IMG/VR virus record: IMGVR_UViG_3300020044_006524
Coordinates: 1-37,390 of that record
Length of the DNA stretch: 37,390 nt
Reading direction: 5' to 3' (one strand)
DNA from: a virus
Taxonomy: Duplodnaviria; Caudoviricetes
Every line of letters begins with the position of its first letter. Within the stretch, counting starts at the first letter, position 1. The translations under genes and the position numbers were made by a program. Under the pieces are notes generated by a model, which saw only the letters and a program-made list of their open reading frames with translations, was not told where the DNA came from and searched no databases. Positions 35,193-37,390 of this stretch are shown one piece after another.

Positions 35193-35961
35193 GTTCCATT
35201 CATCAACCTTCACCGGTTCAATGCGCGGATCCGGACCTGTTGTCTTCGCGGTGTGGGCTTACGTCGTCTCAAACACGAATCAGCACTCGGTTATTGAAAT
35301 CAATCCCGATGTCGTCGCGTTCCTTCTCGGTTGCACGCCCGCAGAAGTTGAGCAGGCAATCGAAACCCTTTGCGCTCCGGACCCGAAGAGCCGGTGTAAA
35401 GACAATGACGGGCGAAGGCTGCTAAAAGAGGGCGAGTTTCAATACTTCGTTCCGACTCACAAGCACTATCGCGAGATGAAGACGACAGAGGAAAAGCGCG
35501 AATATAACCGCGTCAAAAAGCAGGAAGAACGTCAAAGAAAGTCGAATGTCAAACGCGATGTCAAAAATGTCAAGGATGTCAACACATCAGAAGCAGAAGC
35601 AGAAGCACTATCAGATTCATACCCAGAGTCAGAAGCAAAAGCAGACTTAAACTCTATCTCTAAAAATAATAATGATGATGGAAAGAAAGTTTCTTTTTCA
35701 ATGCCAAGTCTCGAAGAGTTCACAGCATACTACGGGAAAGCAATGGAAGACGTGGACCTTGGAGAACACCTGATGCTCTCCGATTGGCTCCTAGAGCAAC
35801 ACAGCTATTGCTCGGACAAGTGGGCAGAACAGCCGGTCAATAACTGGAAAAGCCAGACCGGACGATTCACTCGGCTCTATCGCACACACTGGGAACGGAC
35901 AAAGCCTGACTTCAAACCATCGTCACAGGCTGATTGCCACGATGAAGACGTTGCCTTTTGA
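35182..35961 (+). CDS. replication initiator (lambda O / replisome-organizer-like)
   Basis: N-terminal wHTH-like MYGK..SSTFTGSM, charged helix, low-complexity linker with iterons and EAEAEA, C-terminal PSLEE..NWK domain. Confidence 0.75.
   Translation: MYGKFHSSTFTGSMRGSGPVVFAVWAYVVSNTNQHSVIEINPDVVAFLLGCTPAEVEQAIETLCAPDPKSRCKDNDGRRLLKEGEFQYFVPTHKHYREMKTTEEKREYNRVKKQEERQRKSNVKRDVKNVKDVNTSEAEAEALSDSYPESEAKADLNSISKNNNDDGKKVSFSMPSLEEFTAYYGKAMEDVDLGEHLMLSDWLLEQHSYCSDKWAEQPVNNWKSQTGRFTRLYRTHWERTKPDFKPSSQADCHDEDVAF
35512..35675. repeat. iterons / putative replication origin
   Basis: ATGTCAA at 35546, 35558, 35567, 35576; GTCAAA at 35512, 35531; AGAAGC repeats; AT-rich tract. Confidence 0.6.
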
Positions 35962-36289
35962 TCTTATGAAGAAACTACCTTACACTCACCATTACCTGAT
36001 TTATATCCGACCCATCGGCAGCGCGCATTGGTATCAGCATTGCACCGATGACGGATTGCCATACCGCACCGCGAACATGGATGATGCTCATGATGTGGCA
36101 AAACGAATCTCGGAAACACTCGACCATAGCGCAATGGTTGTGACCGTCACACTGCCAGCAATTCCGGACACGTTCCCGTATGCTTCGATTCAAGACGGGC
36201 AAACGATGTATATCCCGGCCAAGGCAAGACGCAGGAAAGCCGTAAGGGAATACCACGACGCCCGCCATCGCGTTTTTATTCCGCAGTAA
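35942..36289 (+). CDS. hypothetical protein, paralog family member 2
   Basis: HYLIYIRPIGS..W..H....GLPYRT. Confidence 0.75.
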   Translation: MKTLPFDLMKKLPYTHHYLIYIRPIGSAHWYQHCTDDGLPYRTANMDDAHDVAKRISETLDHSAMVVTVTLPAIPDTFPYASIQDGQTMYIPAKARRRKAVREYHDARHRVFIPQ

Positions 36290-36304
36290 GGGGGACGTAG
36301 CTGA

Positions 36305-36559
36305 ATGACCACTTTTCACATAGCAGCAATGACCGGCCAATGTCATTACGCAGTTGACCAAAACGGAATGAGACTTTGCAGAAAATTCAAAAACAGAACT
36401 CAGGCTATTGTTTGGCTAGTCCGCAGGTGGAATGCACGCGAGCTTGACGGTGAGATTGTCGTCTATCCGGAGTCACTATCAGACGCCATGCGACACGATT
36501 TTGATAGCTTTCCGCGAAAGATTACTGGCAAGTGGGCTGATACTCATGCGAAAGAATAA
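36305..36559 (+). CDS. hypothetical protein
   Basis: 84 aa. Confidence 0.55.
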   Translation: MTTFHIAAMTGQCHYAVDQNGMRLCRKFKNRTQAIVWLVRRWNARELDGEIVVYPESLSDAMRHDFDSFPRKITGKWADTHAKE

Positions 36560-36589
36560 AGATAGTAACAACGCAGTAACGTAGCTCTA

Positions 36590-36681
36590 TCGCAGGTTTG
36601 AGAAAGCCGCTTTCCTCTCATAAATGAGACGACGCACGCGCTCGCAAAGTTGAGAGTTGCCGGTGTGTCGCAAGTATGAGA
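36590..36681. repeat. four palindromic operators at an exact 26 bp period
   Basis: TC(G/T)CA-N4-TGAGA at 36590, 36616, 36642, 36668. Confidence 0.85.
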
Positions 36682-36803
36682 AAAGGTTAGGTATCTCGGC
36701 CACAGGAAAAAGGCATCTATTAGGCGAGACCAATCGAGGCAAGAGACTGAAAGCAACCTAACTCCCATTTTCACCAATTTTTCCAACTCACATTATAATA
36801 TCT

Positions 36804-37058
36804 ATGACCTACGCCCGTCATTTTGTCATCTGGGTGCGCCATAGCCGCTCAATAATGCCATGGAAACTGCTATGTGACAGCCGAGGGGCCGCAATAACGT
36901 GCCTAGACCGTCAAACAGCGGACGAAAGAGCTTTACAAGCGGTGGAAGGTGGCAGTGTTTGTGCCATTGTAGGCGAAACGTTGTTGCCAATCGAGCCATC
37001 GGACATGCTTTTCGCTAGGTTGAGCACTGGCGAGGAGCGATTCCTTGCTGATTATTAG
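36804..37058 (+). CDS. hypothetical protein, divergent paralog family member 3
   Basis: HFVIWVR...W......G...T...CAIV....LP....FA....GE. Confidence 0.65.
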   Translation: MTYARHFVIWVRHSRSIMPWKLLCDSRGAAITCLDRQTADERALQAVEGGSVCAIVGETLLPIEPSDMLFARLSTGEERFLADY

Positions 37059-37149
37059 CTAACTGGCACGCTCTAAGCCTAGCAAGTGCGAAAGATTAGG
37101 CTTGCAATTAGGCTTGCCACCTATCAAGAAAATTGGCGGAACCTAACTT

Positions 37150-37242
37150 TCTCACGGATGAGAGTCGCAGGAATGAGAGTCAGGATGGTGTATCAAATGT
37201 GAGACTCGCAAGAATGATACAAGCTGACTCTCAAGTTTGAGA
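37150..37242. repeat. five palindromic operators
   Basis: T(C/A)(T/G)CA-N4-TGA(G/T)A at 37150, 37165, 37191, 37206, 37229. Confidence 0.85.
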
Positions 37243-37287
37243 GCGTAAATATACCCCTTGTTTTTTGTTCCCTTAGTTCTTTCTCCC

Positions 37288-37328
37288 TCATCATCATTCA
37301 TCATCCATCCATTCATTATCATTCATTC
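37288..37328. repeat. low-complexity TCAT/CCAT tandem tract
   Basis: tcatcatcattcatcatccatccattcattatcattcattc. Confidence 0.7.
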
Positions 37329-37390
37329 CTGTCTGACTCTGCTGATTCAGTGCGAAAGCCCTAATTGAATAAAACATAAATGGTATATTT

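Noticed and set aside
36590-36693. Mini CRISPR array (regular repeat-spacer pattern)
   Set aside because: The repeat is 14 bp with a variable centre and 12 bp spacers, far too short, and the same motif occurs at promoters; it fits operators.
1-37390. Complete circular genome or terminal repeat; integrase/lysogeny module
   Set aside because: The ends do not overlap, the predicted GTTCACC partner for the leftmost cassette was not seen at the right end, and no recombinase or CI-like gene was recognised.

Overview
Most of a ~37 kb tailed dsDNA phage genome (Caudoviricetes, probably a siphovirus). It has a lambda-GpA-type terminase, a lambda-type portal split by a -1 frameshift, capsid and tail genes, a lysis cassette, DnaB, a Cas4-like/PD-(D/E)XK exonuclease next to a putative annealing protein, an SNF2 helicase, two methyltransferase-like genes and a replication initiator with internal iterons. 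I found no integrase, polymerase or reverse transcriptase. The AC-rich leaders without Shine-Dalgarno sites, the leaderless promoters and the gene content suggest a PVC-group (e.g. Verrucomicrobia) or similar host; this is inference only. Three non-coding systems stand out. (1) At 229-1660 there is an integron-like cassette array with attC-like hairpins whose ends are complementary across each cassette, an attI-like terminal half-site, and no integrase in the window. (2) At 12169-12740 there is an array of tRNA-shaped RNAs with expanded or replaced anticodon arms, interleaved with other structured RNAs and punctuated by CAATTT; a related cloverleaf lies at 10636-10741. (3) A palindromic operator TCTCA-N4-TGAGA occurs in 14 copies, at late promoters and in phased clusters near the right end. 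Also notable are a CheY-like receiver gene inside the lysis cassette, a stand-alone sRNA after terL, a glycosyltransferase in the virion operon and a three-member paralogous family of unknown function. All protein calls come from motif recognition by eye, without database searches.
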